Shown piece after piece: positions 26,481 through 38,640 of a stretch of 64,000 bases of DNA. The DNA is taken from the NCBI GenBank assembly GCA_013239625.1, contig MU053881.1, forward strand, positions 7,711,957 through 7,775,956, read 5' to 3'. The notes below the pieces were generated by a model. That model saw only the letters and a list, made by a program, of their open reading frames with translations. It made no database searches and had not been told where the DNA came from. This DNA is from Lama guanicoe (Eukaryota). The translations under genes and the position numbers were made by a program. Position 1 is the first letter of the stretch, and each line of letters opens with the position of its first letter.

Positions 26481-27599
26481 CAATAACTGTGTCATTCTGC
26501 CTTCTCACAGGGGTCTGGGGCCGTGTCAGTAGTGCCCAGATACGTGGCAAGTGTTCTCTGCTCTTCAGGAGCGGATTGCCTAGTTGAAATTTGAAGAGCC
26601 TCAGTCTCAGAAATGGGAAGTCAACCTACAAGTGGGAGCCACTTTTGCTGCCACCGGCAAGAGAGGGCAGGCCAGAAATCCACCAGCCAGAAGTCTTATA
26701 TGACGCCATCAGATGACACCTAGAATTTTCTTATGCTTAACCTGCAAAGACCTGTCTCTGATTTCCTGCGTGTCACTCAGCAGATTCCCTCCATGTGTGA
26801 AATGAGCAGTGGAGCCAGCTCCCTGGTGGATGGTGTCAGCTCCAAGTTGCATCACAGTCCCCCCACCCCTCCACTCCTCTTCGCAACAGACCTTAACATT
26901 ATTCTGTGATTACTTTGCATCATCCTTCCCAAATGTGCATCAAATTAAAGAGTTATTAGGGCATGGCAGGACATGTTTATGGGGAAGAATTTCCTTTAAA
27001 GTCACAGCTCAGCCTGAACTCACTTTATTAGTGTTTATACAAAGTATGTAGTCCGTTCCGATGCAATCCATGTTTATATTCGTGGGGCAATCATTGCATT
27101 CCTTGGGCTGCTCCTTCCTGTTGTCTTAAAGCGATTACCACACCTGTATTAAAAGTTAATGTGTGTGTATTCTGTGGCTGGTCGGGCTTGGAGATGTGCA
27201 CCGTTCAGAGAATGACACTTAACCACGACGCGTCCAGCAAATAGCATAGACTTTGAAGTGGTGAGGGCACAAGTGGACAAGAGGAGGGGCTCCTTCAGAC
27301 CACCTGGGCCCCCTCGTGAGCACTTCCTTGTCATCCACCTCCGTCGTGGGTATTTTGTGGCCCTAGCGAGTATGACATTGTGTTGATTTGCTCAGGATGG
27401 TCTCAACTTCTTGTTTTCTTAATATAATTATTAATGGCAGTCCCTTTGACTCACAAAAGCATTCAAGTTTGGATGGTAGTCTACTTGGTGCCCAGGTTTC
27501 CCGCTATAAATGAAACACAGGCATCCACTTTGGCTCTCAAGCCATTGTCAACCAAGGGCAGATGCAACTCAGTTAAAACTGTCGATAAAGAGCTCAAGT

Positions 27600-28080
27600 T
27601 CAGATCATTCAGTCATTCAACAGATGTTTATTTGTGCCTTTTATCTACCAGACATTGTGCTGAACCCTGGGGACTCAAACATAAATAAGATACAGCCCTG
27701 ACCCCCAAGAAACTGGAGTTTATTGGTTTAGCTAAAATGTGGGGTATGTTATGAAAATTCTCTGATTAGATCACTTCATTTTGTCTTCCACCCTTCAGGA
27801 CTCCAGATTGATTTCTTGTTAGTTGATTGTTAACGTTCTCAGGCACTGACACGTGACTGCCTGGACATAAATGCTCGTTTGGTACTTAGCAGCTTGTGGC
27901 CGTAGATGGGGTCCCAGTCTCCCTGTGCCTCTGTTCATCCAAAAAGTGGGACTGATAACAGCATTGACCCTGTGGGCTGATTGTGAAGATGACAAGAGGT
28001 CCTGAATGTGAATGCTTAGGGTGTGCTTGGCACACACTAAACACGGAACACATGCGGGCTCTTGCATAATAATTACTCAT
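27600..28080. mobile_element. L2 fragment (-) and MIR (+)
   Basis: cattcagtcattcaacagatgtttatt, and a MIR core/tail at 27880-28080. Confidence 0.65.
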
Positions 28081-28417
28081 TCTGCAGTCATTTATTTAGA
28101 CCCTCGTAGGAGCTGGCTGCAGCTTTTGTACCTCTGTTGACTAGAACTTAGGCAACGTTCTTAAAGAAAAAAAATAATAAAAGCATATTTTAAGGTAAGG
28201 TGTGTTAATGAAGTTCAAAGCATGTGAACATTATCATGGGGGATAATTCAGGGTCACTGAGATTCTGACCCTGAGGGATCAACCAGTTTATTTTTCTCCT
28301 TTTAAAGTTGGGGGAGGTAGCTTTTCCAAGGTCACGCTCTGAGTTAGAAACCGAACGTGGAGAAAGACCGTGGAGACTTGACTTCTAGACCATTCTTTCC
28401 CACTTTGCCATATCACC

Positions 28418-28833
28418 ATGTGTTTTGGTCAGTATAGACAAGGCTGTTTGCAGGAACAAATGAATCCAGATATATCCATGGCAAAACACAATAAAAGTGT
28501 ATTGCTTCCTCATATCTGGGTAGCAGTGGGTGGCCTGTGCTCTACACAGTCACTCAGGAACCCAGGCTCCTTCCGACTTGGGATGCCACCGTTTTTGACA
28601 TGCAGCCCACACATGTCAAGAAAAACATGAGAAGGGAAGTGAATGTCATACTGTGTGGGATATTTTATGGCCTTGCCTGGAAATGGCATGTATCACTTCC
28701 ATCCACATTCCTTTAATCAGATCAGTCACATGGTCCCACCCAGACACAAGGGGTGCGGGGAAATTGAATCTTGCTGTTTACTTAGGAGGAGAATGAAATT
28801 GTTTGGCTAACATGTAGCACTGTCCCGGCCATA
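28418..28833 (-). mobile_element. MaLR solo LTR (MLT1K/J-like)
   Basis: cacagtcactcaggaacccaggctccttcc; tcacttccatccacattcc..agtcacatggtcccacc. Confidence 0.75.
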
Positions 28834-29319
28834 CCATGTGCCTGACGTTTCTTGCCACGTTTCCCGAGGCTGACTCCGGTCTCTTCTGAGACGTCTGTTT
28901 CTCCCAGGGATTTGCAGAGCCGTTTTTCCCCTGTGCTGTCTGTTGCAGTGTGGGAGGGGTTTTGAGAACAGACCTTCTGGGAAGAGTCTGAGGTGTCTGG
29001 GCATGATAAACTGGGGCATAAAGGGGGACCCCTTTCAGTTGACAGTCATCACCTGGAGGTTACTGCTCAGAAGGGAAGAAGTTGCCTTAAAGTGTCACAG
29101 GACTAATTTGGGAAGGATTTTTTTTCCCTGAGAGTGAGGTTTGAGGTGTCCTGGGGTGTGGAGAGAGAGCTCTGTGGATGCTTCATGGAAAGAAAACGTG
29201 CCTGGGGGAAGAGCTATGGATGAGACCCGGTGCCCCTTCAAGGTTAGTTAAGCACCAAGGTCCCATCCACCCTTTCTACATCTTACTTGTGCTCGCATTT
29301 TGAATGATTAATAATCAGC

Positions 29320-29570
29320 AAATTCATGGTGGTAGTTACTTGTTGAGTATTTGCTGTGTGACCAGCCTGATGCTAGAATCACTTTATCATCTTGTTTAAT
29401 CCTCATAATATCCTAGGAGGTAGGTTCTGTTATTATACCCAATTTACAGATGAGGCAACAGAAGCTTAGGGATGCGTTAAGTAACTTGCCTGAAATCACA
29501 CTGCTATTTGCTAAGATCTGAGCCCAGGCTGTCTGACTCCAGGACCTGCTTTTAAGCATTATGCTCTGGA
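29320..29570 (-). mobile_element. MIR SINE
   Basis: tttaatcctcataa..atttacagatgaggcaacagaag..gttaagtaacttgcc. Confidence 0.85.
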
Positions 29571-29571
29571 G

Positions 29572-29872
29572 CAGGGATCTCAAATTGGAATGCAGGTAAG
29601 GACCACACAGGTAACATAAGCAGTTGAATGCGACTGACAAATATCAGAGCATATGCCTTGTCCAAGCCTCTTAACTCCAGTTTACACTGGCCACGAAGGC
29701 CCACGGCTATCACATCATCTGACTTCCGGGAGACAAACCAGAATTCCAGATTCGTATGCGAAATGCTCTCCAATTGGCAATTCATTTACAAATGTTAAAG
29801 TCATACTGAGGACCAGACTAAACATGTCTGCAGGCCAGACTGGGCCCACGGGCTCCCAGTTTGCAATTTCTA
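29572..29872. mobile_element. MER102-like hAT element
   Basis: cagggatctcaaa...aaaccagaattccagattcgtatgcgaaat...catgtctgcaggccagactgggcccacgggctcccagtttgcaa. Confidence 0.7.
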
Positions 29873-31171
29873 CTCTACTACCTCCAGCAAAGAGCAAGAT
29901 GTGCCCAGGTGTGCCCTTTTCCTGCCGGAGGATGAAGCTGAACAGAGCAAGGCAGGGGCCGCAGGAAGCCCTCCTGGCGCGAGGAGAGGGAGAGCGGAGC
30001 CCCCGTGCTCCCCCCTCCTCCCTGCAGGGCCCTCACATCCACCGCAGCATCCACGCATCCACTGCTGCATCCGCACATCCAGGTTGCTTCTCTTTCTGGC
30101 TCATTCTCCTCCCTGCAGGTAGCTATCTGCACAGCGCTGGCTGCAAACGTTTGCAGGTGTAAAATTATATATGCGAGAGTGTTGCCAAGCCAGAAACTTA
30201 GCCCAGGGAGGGTTAGCTCCCGAACAACTGAGGTAGTGTGAAGCCAGTTTTTAAAATCAGACGCAGCCATTTCTCTCCCAAATGCGTGTACGTGTTTTTA
30301 AACTTGTATGTGGTTATATAACTGATGAGAATGAAGCGCAAAAGTCGGAGAATAATTGAATCATGCCTCCTGTTGTGCGAGTCGGGAGAGGTAAAGCAGG
30401 AGGTGGCAACTCTGTGAGGGTGATCCGCAGGGAAACACAGCTGTCTGTGACCCGGTGGGATGACAATTTGACGGTTCTTTGACACGCCGTTTTCTCTCTT
30501 CCATCAGGGAGGATGGATGGATGGCACTAGGTCCTCTGGACCCGGAGAGGAAGCAAAGGACACCCGTTAGGGTAGGACAGTCTGAGAAGTGCCCTTGGGC
30601 TCGTCAGGGAATGTTTTCCTTTGGCCAGATTTCCATTCAAGACTTTAGCTCTGCTGGTCACTTTAGCAGTAGGAGACTCTCATTTCAACTGAACCAACTT
30701 TTTCAACACTTTTTTTTTGAGGCAGGGAGAGTGGGTGTATTAGTAATACCTATTTACTGTGGGAAACGTTGACAATACTAATGAGCAAATGTGACGTGCT
30801 TAAAAAAAACAAAACAAAACAAAACTCTTCACACAAGATCCAAAGAAAACGAGTGTATGTTTCTCCAGGCGTCTCCAAGGGGCCTCACTTCGCACAAGGT
30901 GTCTGGGAGGAAGCGAGGGGAGTCGAGTCTGTGGTCTTGGCGCCCACGGAGCTGCAAGCTCCTCTGGGAGACGGAGGCAGACACACAGGAAACCAGCAGC
31001 AGCACACAAGGTGGCAGGAGACGTGATGAAAGGCCAGAATGAGTTGTGCAGAGGCTAAGTGATGCAGAAGTTCAGAAGTTCAGAGCAGGGAGAGATGAGC
31101 GTAGGATGGAGAGGCTGGGAGCGCCGTGGAGAGCAGGGGTGAGAGGCGTCCCAAACCCTGGGAAGAGGGCG

Positions 31172-31602
31172 TGTCAGTTTCCTGGAGCTGCCGTAACAAA
31201 ATACCGCAAACTGGGTGGCTTCAGTATACTCTGTCATGGTCTGCGGGCTAAGGTCTGAAATCGAGGAATCGGTAAGGCTGTGCTCGCTCTGAAATCTATA
31301 GGGGAAAGTCCTTCCTGGCCTCTTCCCAGCTCCTGGTGGTGGCCCGTAATCCTTGGTGGTCCTCGGCTTGTAATTCCTTCACTCCAGTCTCAGCTCCATC
31401 GTCTCGTGGTGTCCTCTCTGTGCGTCTCCATCTCCTCACCTTATAAGGACTCAAGTCATCCTGGATTAGGGCCCACCCTAATAGCCTCTTTTCATCTGAT
31501 GACACCTGCAGAGACCCTTTATCCAGCTAAAACCACATTCACAAGTACTGGGACTTAGGACTCCAGCATGTCTTTGGGGGGAACACAATTCAACCCATAG
31601 CA
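31172..31602 (-). mobile_element. MLT1C/D solo LTR, TSD gggcg/gagcg
   Basis: tgtcagtttcctggagctgccgtaacaaaatacc ... gggggaacacaattcaacccatagca. TSD matches at 4 of 5. Confidence 0.9.
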
Positions 31603-32324
31603 GAGCGCTAGGATTTGGATGGGGAGAGGGGGTTGAGGGCCTTCGAGGCCAGCAAATTGCAGGAACGTAGCAGGTGCCGATGGAGTGCCTAGCCTAGTTG
31701 CTGATCTGATGGGTGCGCAGTAAATGTCTGCAGACCGGAAGAAGTGAGAATTAAGTGAGGCAGGCTGAAGCAGCAATGAGAACCACCTGGCTGCAGTGCT
31801 GTTGCTCTGCGAGAGAAAGTGGCACTTGAAGGGAGACGAATCTGGTTGTAGGGGGCAGGTGTGATGTCAGGGAAAGAGACCGGGGGCCGATAGATCAGTC
31901 ACGTCCCTGCTTGACCCCTTCCATGGTTCTGGTTGCCTTCCTTGGCCTTGGAGGCTGCGCCGTGGGTGCTCCGCAGTCTGGGTGCCGCCAGCCTCGGCGT
32001 CGCATTTGGTGCCCTTCTGCTCCAGTCGCCTGGACCGCCTTTCTGGAGCTTAGGCCTTCCAGGTGCTTTCTCTGTTCAGGGAGTCTTTGTGTCTCTGTTC
32101 CTCCAGCTATAAATTTCTCCCTTCAGCCTGTCCTTTCTGGTTCCTTTTCGTTTGAGTCTTGGACCAAATCTCTCTAAGAGAGGTCCCTCCTGGGCACCCT
32201 TAGCTGGTACCCCAGCTTCCTCCCACCCCCACCTTTATTCTCTTCACCTCGCCCTGGAATGATTTCTTGGCTGTTTCCTTGCAGCCTGTAGTTCTGCTGT
32301 TTGTCTGTGGTTGCCTGTGTCCCG

Positions 32325-32880
32325 CTCTGCTAGTTTTCTGTTACCCCCCAACAGTCTTACCACAAACTTGGCAGCTTAAAGCAACTCCTATTTATCACCT
32401 CCCAGTCAGCTGGGGGCCTCTGCCTCAGGGTCTCCCAGAGCTGCAATTCAGCTGTTGGGTGGGGCTGTCATCTCATCTGAAGGCTCTACTGGGGACAGAT
32501 CCACTTCCAAACTCTCGAGCCTATGGGCGGAACTCAGCCCCGTGCAGCCTGTTAGACTGAGAGCTCCGGGCTCCTGCTGGTGGTCCCCAGGCCCTCGCTG
32601 GCTATCGGTGGAGGCTGCCCTTAGTCCTTCGCCTGACTGGCCTCCCTCACGTGCTGCTTGCCTCCTCACAGGTAGCCGGGGACGAGCCCCCAGCAAGACA
32701 GGGAGCACGGTCGTACGTCATCACAGAAGGGGCCGCCTCGGCAGGCCTTCGCGGTCTTAGATGGATGAGAAGCCAGTGAGCAGGTCCCGCCTGTGTCCAG
32801 GGAGAGGGGATCACCCAAGGGTGCTAGTTAACACCAGGAGGCAGGGATTGTGGAGGCCGCCCTAGAAACTGTCCGTCTCT
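32325..32880 (-). mobile_element. MLT1F/E-like solo LTR inserted in L2
   Basis: accacaaacttggcagcttaaagcaac; catctgaaggctctactgggg..gatccacttccaaactc; caccaggaggcagggat. L2-like flanks. Confidence 0.75.
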
Positions 32881-33109
32881 CTCTCCAAGACCATAAAGCT
32901 TCCCCTAAAGGAAAGTTTCACTTTTGTGCGGTTGCTCCATACCCTATCGCGAGCCACAAGCACAGTGCCAGGTTCAGAGTGGGTGTTTAATACAGGCATA
33001 TCGCAGGGAGAAAGGAAGGACGCGAGGGAAAGGGGGAGAGAGGAAGGAAGTCACGAAGGAAGGAGAGGAGTGGCCTGCTTTCCCCTACAACAGCCAGGAC
33101 AGCTAAACC

Positions 33110-33760
33110 TGCCTGCATTTATCCTAAGGCGATGCCTCTGGCTTTTTCTACATGCCATTTCTTTTACCAGAATCCTTCTTTTCCCTCTCACGTATTCCAT
33201 GCCAACCAACCTGGCTGTGTCCAAGTCATTCTTGAGGTCTCAATTAAAATGTTACTTTTTCGTGGAAGCCTCTCCTGATCTCTAAACCCCAGTTACTCAG
33301 TACTCCTTTTATTCAGACGTTCCCACAAGCTTTCATTTATACGTAACTCTGGCGCAGTATAGAGCAAGAGTCTGTACACCACAGCCTCAAGCCAAATCCA
33401 GCCTTCATCCTGTTTTGTAAATAAAGTTTTATTGGAGCACAGCCACTCCCATCAGTTTGTGTATTGTCTGTGGCAGCTTTCATGCTCCGAAGCAAAGTTG
33501 AATTGTTGCAACAGAAAATATGGCTGGCCAAATCTAAATTATCTATTATCTGGCCCTTTAAAGAGAAAGTTTGCCAACCCCTAGTGCAGAATGCTTACAC
33601 AGTCTGTGGTATTTGACCCTTTATTTCTTTCTTTCCGCTAATCTCTGAGTTGCTTAAGGACAAGAGACCGTGCCCATCTTGTTTACCCCCGTTTCCCAGT
33701 GTACAGAACAGAACCTAAATGGTAACGGACAAGATATGTTTGTTGAATGAATGAATGATA
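33110..33760 (+). mobile_element. L2 interrupted by MER58A (about 33365-33583)
   Basis: L2 tail tttgttgaatgaatgaatga. Insert tgttttgtaaataaagttttattggagcacagcc...aaagtttgccaacccct. Confidence 0.85.
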
Positions 33761-33784
33761 AAAACAGGTGGAAAAACTCAAATG

Positions 33785-34035
33785 ATGATTATTCCAGGAG
33801 GGCCAGTTTACAAAGGGACTATTTCAGAGGAGTGGGTGTGGCTCAGGGAACCAGGACCAGAAGCATTAAAACTATTACCATCCCTGAACTAGATGAGAGA
33901 CGAGGAGGCAGAGTTTGCGGGCGGGAAGTGGTCAGTCATGAAGAGGAGCTGTGACCTTTGGTGGTGACACCAGCTAACCTGGGTGACCTCTCAGGGCAGG
34001 AACCAGGAACACGATGCCCTCCCTCTCTCTGCTCC
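33785..34035. mobile_element. ERVL LTR33-like fragment
   Basis: agtttacaaagggactatttcagaggagtggg..cagggaacca, similar to the 44.2 kb element. Confidence 0.5.
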
Positions 34036-35039
34036 TTCCTCCCATCTCCTGTACAAGTCAAAGAGCAGCAGAAGGGTCCGTTCAGGTGAGCCTCCCAGCG
34101 TGTGGGAAAAGGTGAATAACTGAAACTGAGGCCAAGGCCCCCTCACCAGCTTCCTCCGGTTTGATTGGGATCTCTTCTCTGCTGGTTGTAAACAAGGAGT
34201 CAGAATAGACAAGAAGCCTTTCTGGCCCCTCCCTACCCCTTTCCTGAGCAGGATTGCCCAAATCGGGCTATAGGATCTTGATATGAGTGCATCACACCAT
34301 CTGAAGGCTCATTCAGGAGCTCACTGCCCCCGTCCTCAGACCCTTCACTTCTCTGTGGTCCCTGCCGTGGCCCCTGCTGTCACCACACCTCCACACGCAC
34401 TTCCTTCCCATCTGCTCCAGGGGTCTTCTCCTCGAGTTCCTGCTCTTACCGCTCGCTCAAATCTCTGATCGCCCACTCTCCACGGAATCTAGACCACATC
34501 TCTTAACATTTAATTTTGCAGATTCTTACACTGTTCCCTAAGTATCTCGTAAGTCTTCGTCCATCTCCTCAACTAGACTGCAAGCTCTAGGTTCCTGACG
34601 AAAAGGACCAAACCATCATTTTTAAGCCCTCTTTGTTCTGGTCCCCCAAATATGAGAATTTTGAACCTCAAAATTGTGAAGACTTTATAGATCATGAGTC
34701 CAGTCCCCTACCCGTCAGACCCTAGGCATCACGCCCAACGAAAGCCAGCTACTAACCTCCACTGTATATGCCTGTCATAGGGAACTACTGTGTTGTAAGG
34801 CAGCCCTTACAAATTCGCCAAATGTTGAGACCTCGTCTTTCCTGAAATCCGGAAGGCAGCAGTCTGTATACGCGGGGGCAGGTGGTCGTTAAGTCTGACC
34901 TGAACTGATAGTGTGGCCTCTAGCTCTGCACGTTTCACCATCACAGAGAAACATCTTTTGTGAAGCCAGTCCTAATCTGCAGCCCTGCAGCCTCTCCCTA
35001 CCGGTTGTTGGCTGTGGGTGAAAACACACCGCTCCAAAT

Positions 35040-36200
35040 GCTGTTTAGAAAGTACTTCTTCGCATACTTTATCTCTTGAGCCTCACAGCCATCGTGGAGA
35101 GCTGGAGTTTTGGTCATACTTTACAGAAGTCTCAACAGCAGTACCAACACCCGGGACTCAGTAGAGTTAAGTGACTTTCCCAGAGTTCCATAGCTACGAA
35201 GTGGGGAAGTGGGGACTCAAATCCACATCTTCTGGGTTTACCGCTGAAGCCCTTTTCTCCCTGCCACGCCGTGCTGCTTCCCTGCCGGTGGTTTTTTGCC
35301 CCTCCCCCTTCCTGGATGTGCCACGGCAAAAAGAAAATTTTGCAAGAAAGCCACAGAATGAGTCAAAAGAAGGATGAATGTACACATGCCAAGGTAGGGA
35401 CAGTGGCCTGCCCTAGAGCATTTTTGTTTCATTTTTTCCAGTGTTGTTCTGAATTGCACTTCCTCTCCACCCCACCCAAGGTGTCAAGCAGATGTGAAAA
35501 CACCACAGAGCTCCAAGTCACAGCATTGGTTTATGATTCACTGACTGGGATGGGGAAAAATAATGCCGGAGTTTACCATGGTGACGCCTGTTTGCGGAGG
35601 CAACATGGTAGAAGATGAGCAGCGTGGCAGAAAACAGACATAGGCAAACACAGCAAGAAGGCGCTTTCCCCTGGAGTCTGCGGAAGGGCTCAGCGCTCCC
35701 ACTGGTCCAGTCCTCCCTGGGAGACAGGATAGAAATGTGCCAGCTTGGCTGGAGTGGGCGGGCAGCAGAGCCACTAGGAGTAAGAAAGAAAGCCCTTCGC
35801 TTTCTTTAAGACGTATGAAGGGAAATTCTATTCTGTTCTGTTCCATCCTATTTATTCATTTATTTTTCCTGCAGTCATTGGTTCCCTCGATGCAGTAGAA
35901 AATGCTTAGCTCTAGTTGTAGCATGATGTGATGGTTAAAAACACGGCCTCTGCATTCAAAGAGCCCAGGTTCAAATCCCAGCCTTGCCGCTTACTGCTTG
36001 CGTGACCTCATGGCAGGCTGCTTTCCTGATGAAACCTTTTAAGCTAGGGTGGGAATGAGGGAAACTGAGCTTCAGCGTCCTCGTGTGAAAAATGGGGCCG
36101 TAGTAGTACCTGCCACATACGATTGCTGTCCGGATTAGAGAGAATAAAAGTTCTTGGCACAGTGCCTGGTGCATAGTTTGGGCCCAGCAAACACCAGCTG
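35040..36200. mobile_element. MIR fragments (35040-35280 -, 35915-36200 +)
   Basis: gttaagtgactttccc..; ggttcaaatcccagc..aaaatgggg..cttggcacagtgcctgg. Confidence 0.7.
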
Positions 36201-36329
36201 TTACGAAGGCGGATCTTCAGTATCTTTGTCTGTTGAAGAAATATTGTAATACCTACCTTTCAGAACTGTTGCGAAGAAAGGGGGAAACACACACAAAAAA
36301 GGGATGGAAAGCTCGTGATTCAAAGATCC

Positions 36330-36775
36330 TGCATTTATCAATATAGACTGCTCTAACGAATAGTCCCCAAATTTCAGTGGCTTAAGACGTATTTTTGGAA
36401 TGTGTCTGAGTCTAATGTGAGCAAATGGGCCACAGGAGAGGGAAGGTCTCTGTTCCACACAGTCATTCATGGACTCAGGCTTTTTGTATCTGCCATCCTT
36501 GGGGTCCCCCACTGGATCTACTGAATCCAGCCCAAGATGAGGGAAAAGAAAGAATATGGAGGATTGGGCAGAAGTTTTATGGATCAGACCTGAAGGTGCC
36601 ATGTATTGCTTCTGCTCGTGTCGCAGTGATGAGAACTCAGTCACGTGGTTGCACCTACCTGCAAGGGAAGCTGGGAAATGTAGCCAATCTATGTGCACCA
36701 GACAGAGAAGAATGGTCCGGTGGGCAGCTTGCCTGTCTCTGCCCTCAGTGTTCAGTGCGTGGTAACCACAGTGTG
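36330..36775 (-). mobile_element. MaLR solo LTR (MLT1I/J/K-like)
   Basis: ccccaaatttcagtggcttaa; cacagtcattcatggactcaggct; gcaagggaagctgggaaatgtag. Confidence 0.75.
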
Positions 36776-37051
36776 TGATTCCTAATGTAACACCATGGTG
36801 ATGCCCATGGCACCCTAAGCCCCACTTAGAGGGCAGCCCTAATTCCAGTCTTCTCGGAGCCTGAGAGAAGGGTCTGTTCTCCCCTCGTCCCTAGAATGAC
36901 ATGGGGGCCTTTGGCCCCTGTGAGCCATCCTTGACCATAATGACAGGACTCAGGGTCTCCAGAGTGGCAGGCAAGCCTCCAAAAGGACATGCTGTTGAGA
37001 GTCATGTGAATGCAGTTCCAGTGTTAACGGTAAATTAACATTCAGACATTA

Positions 37052-37605
37052 CATATTTCTCTTCTATCGTTCTATTGTTGCAAAACGAATCACTCCAGAA
37101 CTTAATGGCTTAAGACACACACACACTTTTGTATTGTCTTGCATGGTTTCTGTGGGCAGGAATTCAAGAGTGACTCAGCTGGATGATCTGGCTCAGAGCT
37201 TCTCATAAGTCATGGTCAGGTGGTAGCTGGGGCTGCAATCTCAAAGGTGTCTGCACTTATGCACCTGACCTCTAGGCTGGAAAGACTCAAACAGCCAGGG
37301 CTGGACCAGCTGGGGCTCCTCAAGCATCTCTCCGTCTCTCTGGTGCCTTCACATGATCCAGGGGAGACTTCACACCTTCTGATCTTCTCGGATGGAAGTG
37401 CCGGGCTCTGAGAAAGAGCCAGGCACTCACTTGCTGCCTCTTCTTATCCAGCCTCAGAAGTTCTGCAGCATCACTTCTGTCATATCCTGTTTGTCCAAGC
37501 AGTCACAAAGCCTGTTCAGGTTCAAGGGAAAGGGGCATAGACTCCACCTCTTGAGGGCAGGTGCATCAAAGAAATCATCTGTAAGACGTGTTTTAAAATC
37601 GGGCC
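37052..37605 (-). mobile_element. MLT1G/H-like solo LTR
   Basis: cactccagaacttaatggcttaa; ttctgtgggcaggaattc; aggttcaagggaaggggcatagactccacctcttga. Confidence 0.8.
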
Positions 37606-38399
37606 CACTTCCCCACCCCACATCTAGATGTCGTAATGGCCTCCCTGTCTAGGATCACCCTAGTTGGGATCATGCATGCCTGCACATGGTTCAGAACTCG
37701 TCCTGGGCTGAAATAGACTGATTTCCCACAAGGACGAAGCGGAAGGTCGAGAAGTCCAGCTAAAGGTCCAGAGGAGCCCGGACTGGGATGGTGGGGCTGG
37801 GGGAGGGAGGGCCACATGAGGAGGTGCAGCCTCTTCTCAGTGGCAGTTTCATTAGTTCCCATTTTCAGCCAAGCAAGTTGGCAGTCCAGGCTCTGTGCTC
37901 CTCACCGTTCCTAGGTCTGCAAGTGGGAGAGGGTTACGCAAAGCATGGAGGCTTAGAGAAATCAAGTTCCTCTAACTCAGCTAGGAGTTGGGGGTGGGAC
38001 AGAGATTTGAACCCTGACCTGTGTCACCTCAAAGCCCATGTGCTCCCTGACTTCCCTGGCAGTGCGTATAGGGTAGGGGTGGGGGCGGGTGGCAGACAGA
38101 TAACACAGCTCTCTCTGCATCCAGATACCACGGAAATAGAAATGCTGCAAGGGAGAGGCAGTGGGAGGGGACCGCTCTGGGCGCTGTCACTCTATTTACC
38201 AGCCATACGATGCACTCCACTTTTTGCCTATAGGAAGATAGCACACCAGCAGTCTCTTGGGGAAATCCCGGGACTCATCTCTCCTGCACGTAATTTGGGC
38301 TGAAGCGATCATCTGCTCTTGGTGCACTGAAATTTCAGAGTGGAGTTTTTGCAGGGGAGGGTGAGAGGGTGGGAGGGATGGGAGGATGCAGTTCAGCTA

Positions 38400-38640
38400 A
38401 TGGTAGTAATGGCAGCTGCCATGATTTGAGTATTCAGCAAGTGCTGATAAGCACTGTGTACACATCATCTCATTTAACCCTGATAAAAACTTTTGGGGTC
38501 AAGATTGTCACCCTCATTTTGTCAATGGAGAAACTGAGCCTCAGAGATAAAATGAATGGTCCTTAAGTCACTCAGTAGGTAGCAGGGCAGGGATTCAAAC
38601 TTAGGGCTGCTTCCTCCATCTGAAGCTCAGCCTCCCAAAC
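38400..38640 (-). mobile_element. MIR SINE
   Basis: catctcatttaaccc..cattttgtcaatggagaaactgag..gggattcaaac. Confidence 0.8.

Noticed and set aside
26640..26720. CTCF-like motifs (gcaagagagggcag; also 36822 ccacttagagggcagc)
   Set aside because: Too many mismatches in the core to support by eye.
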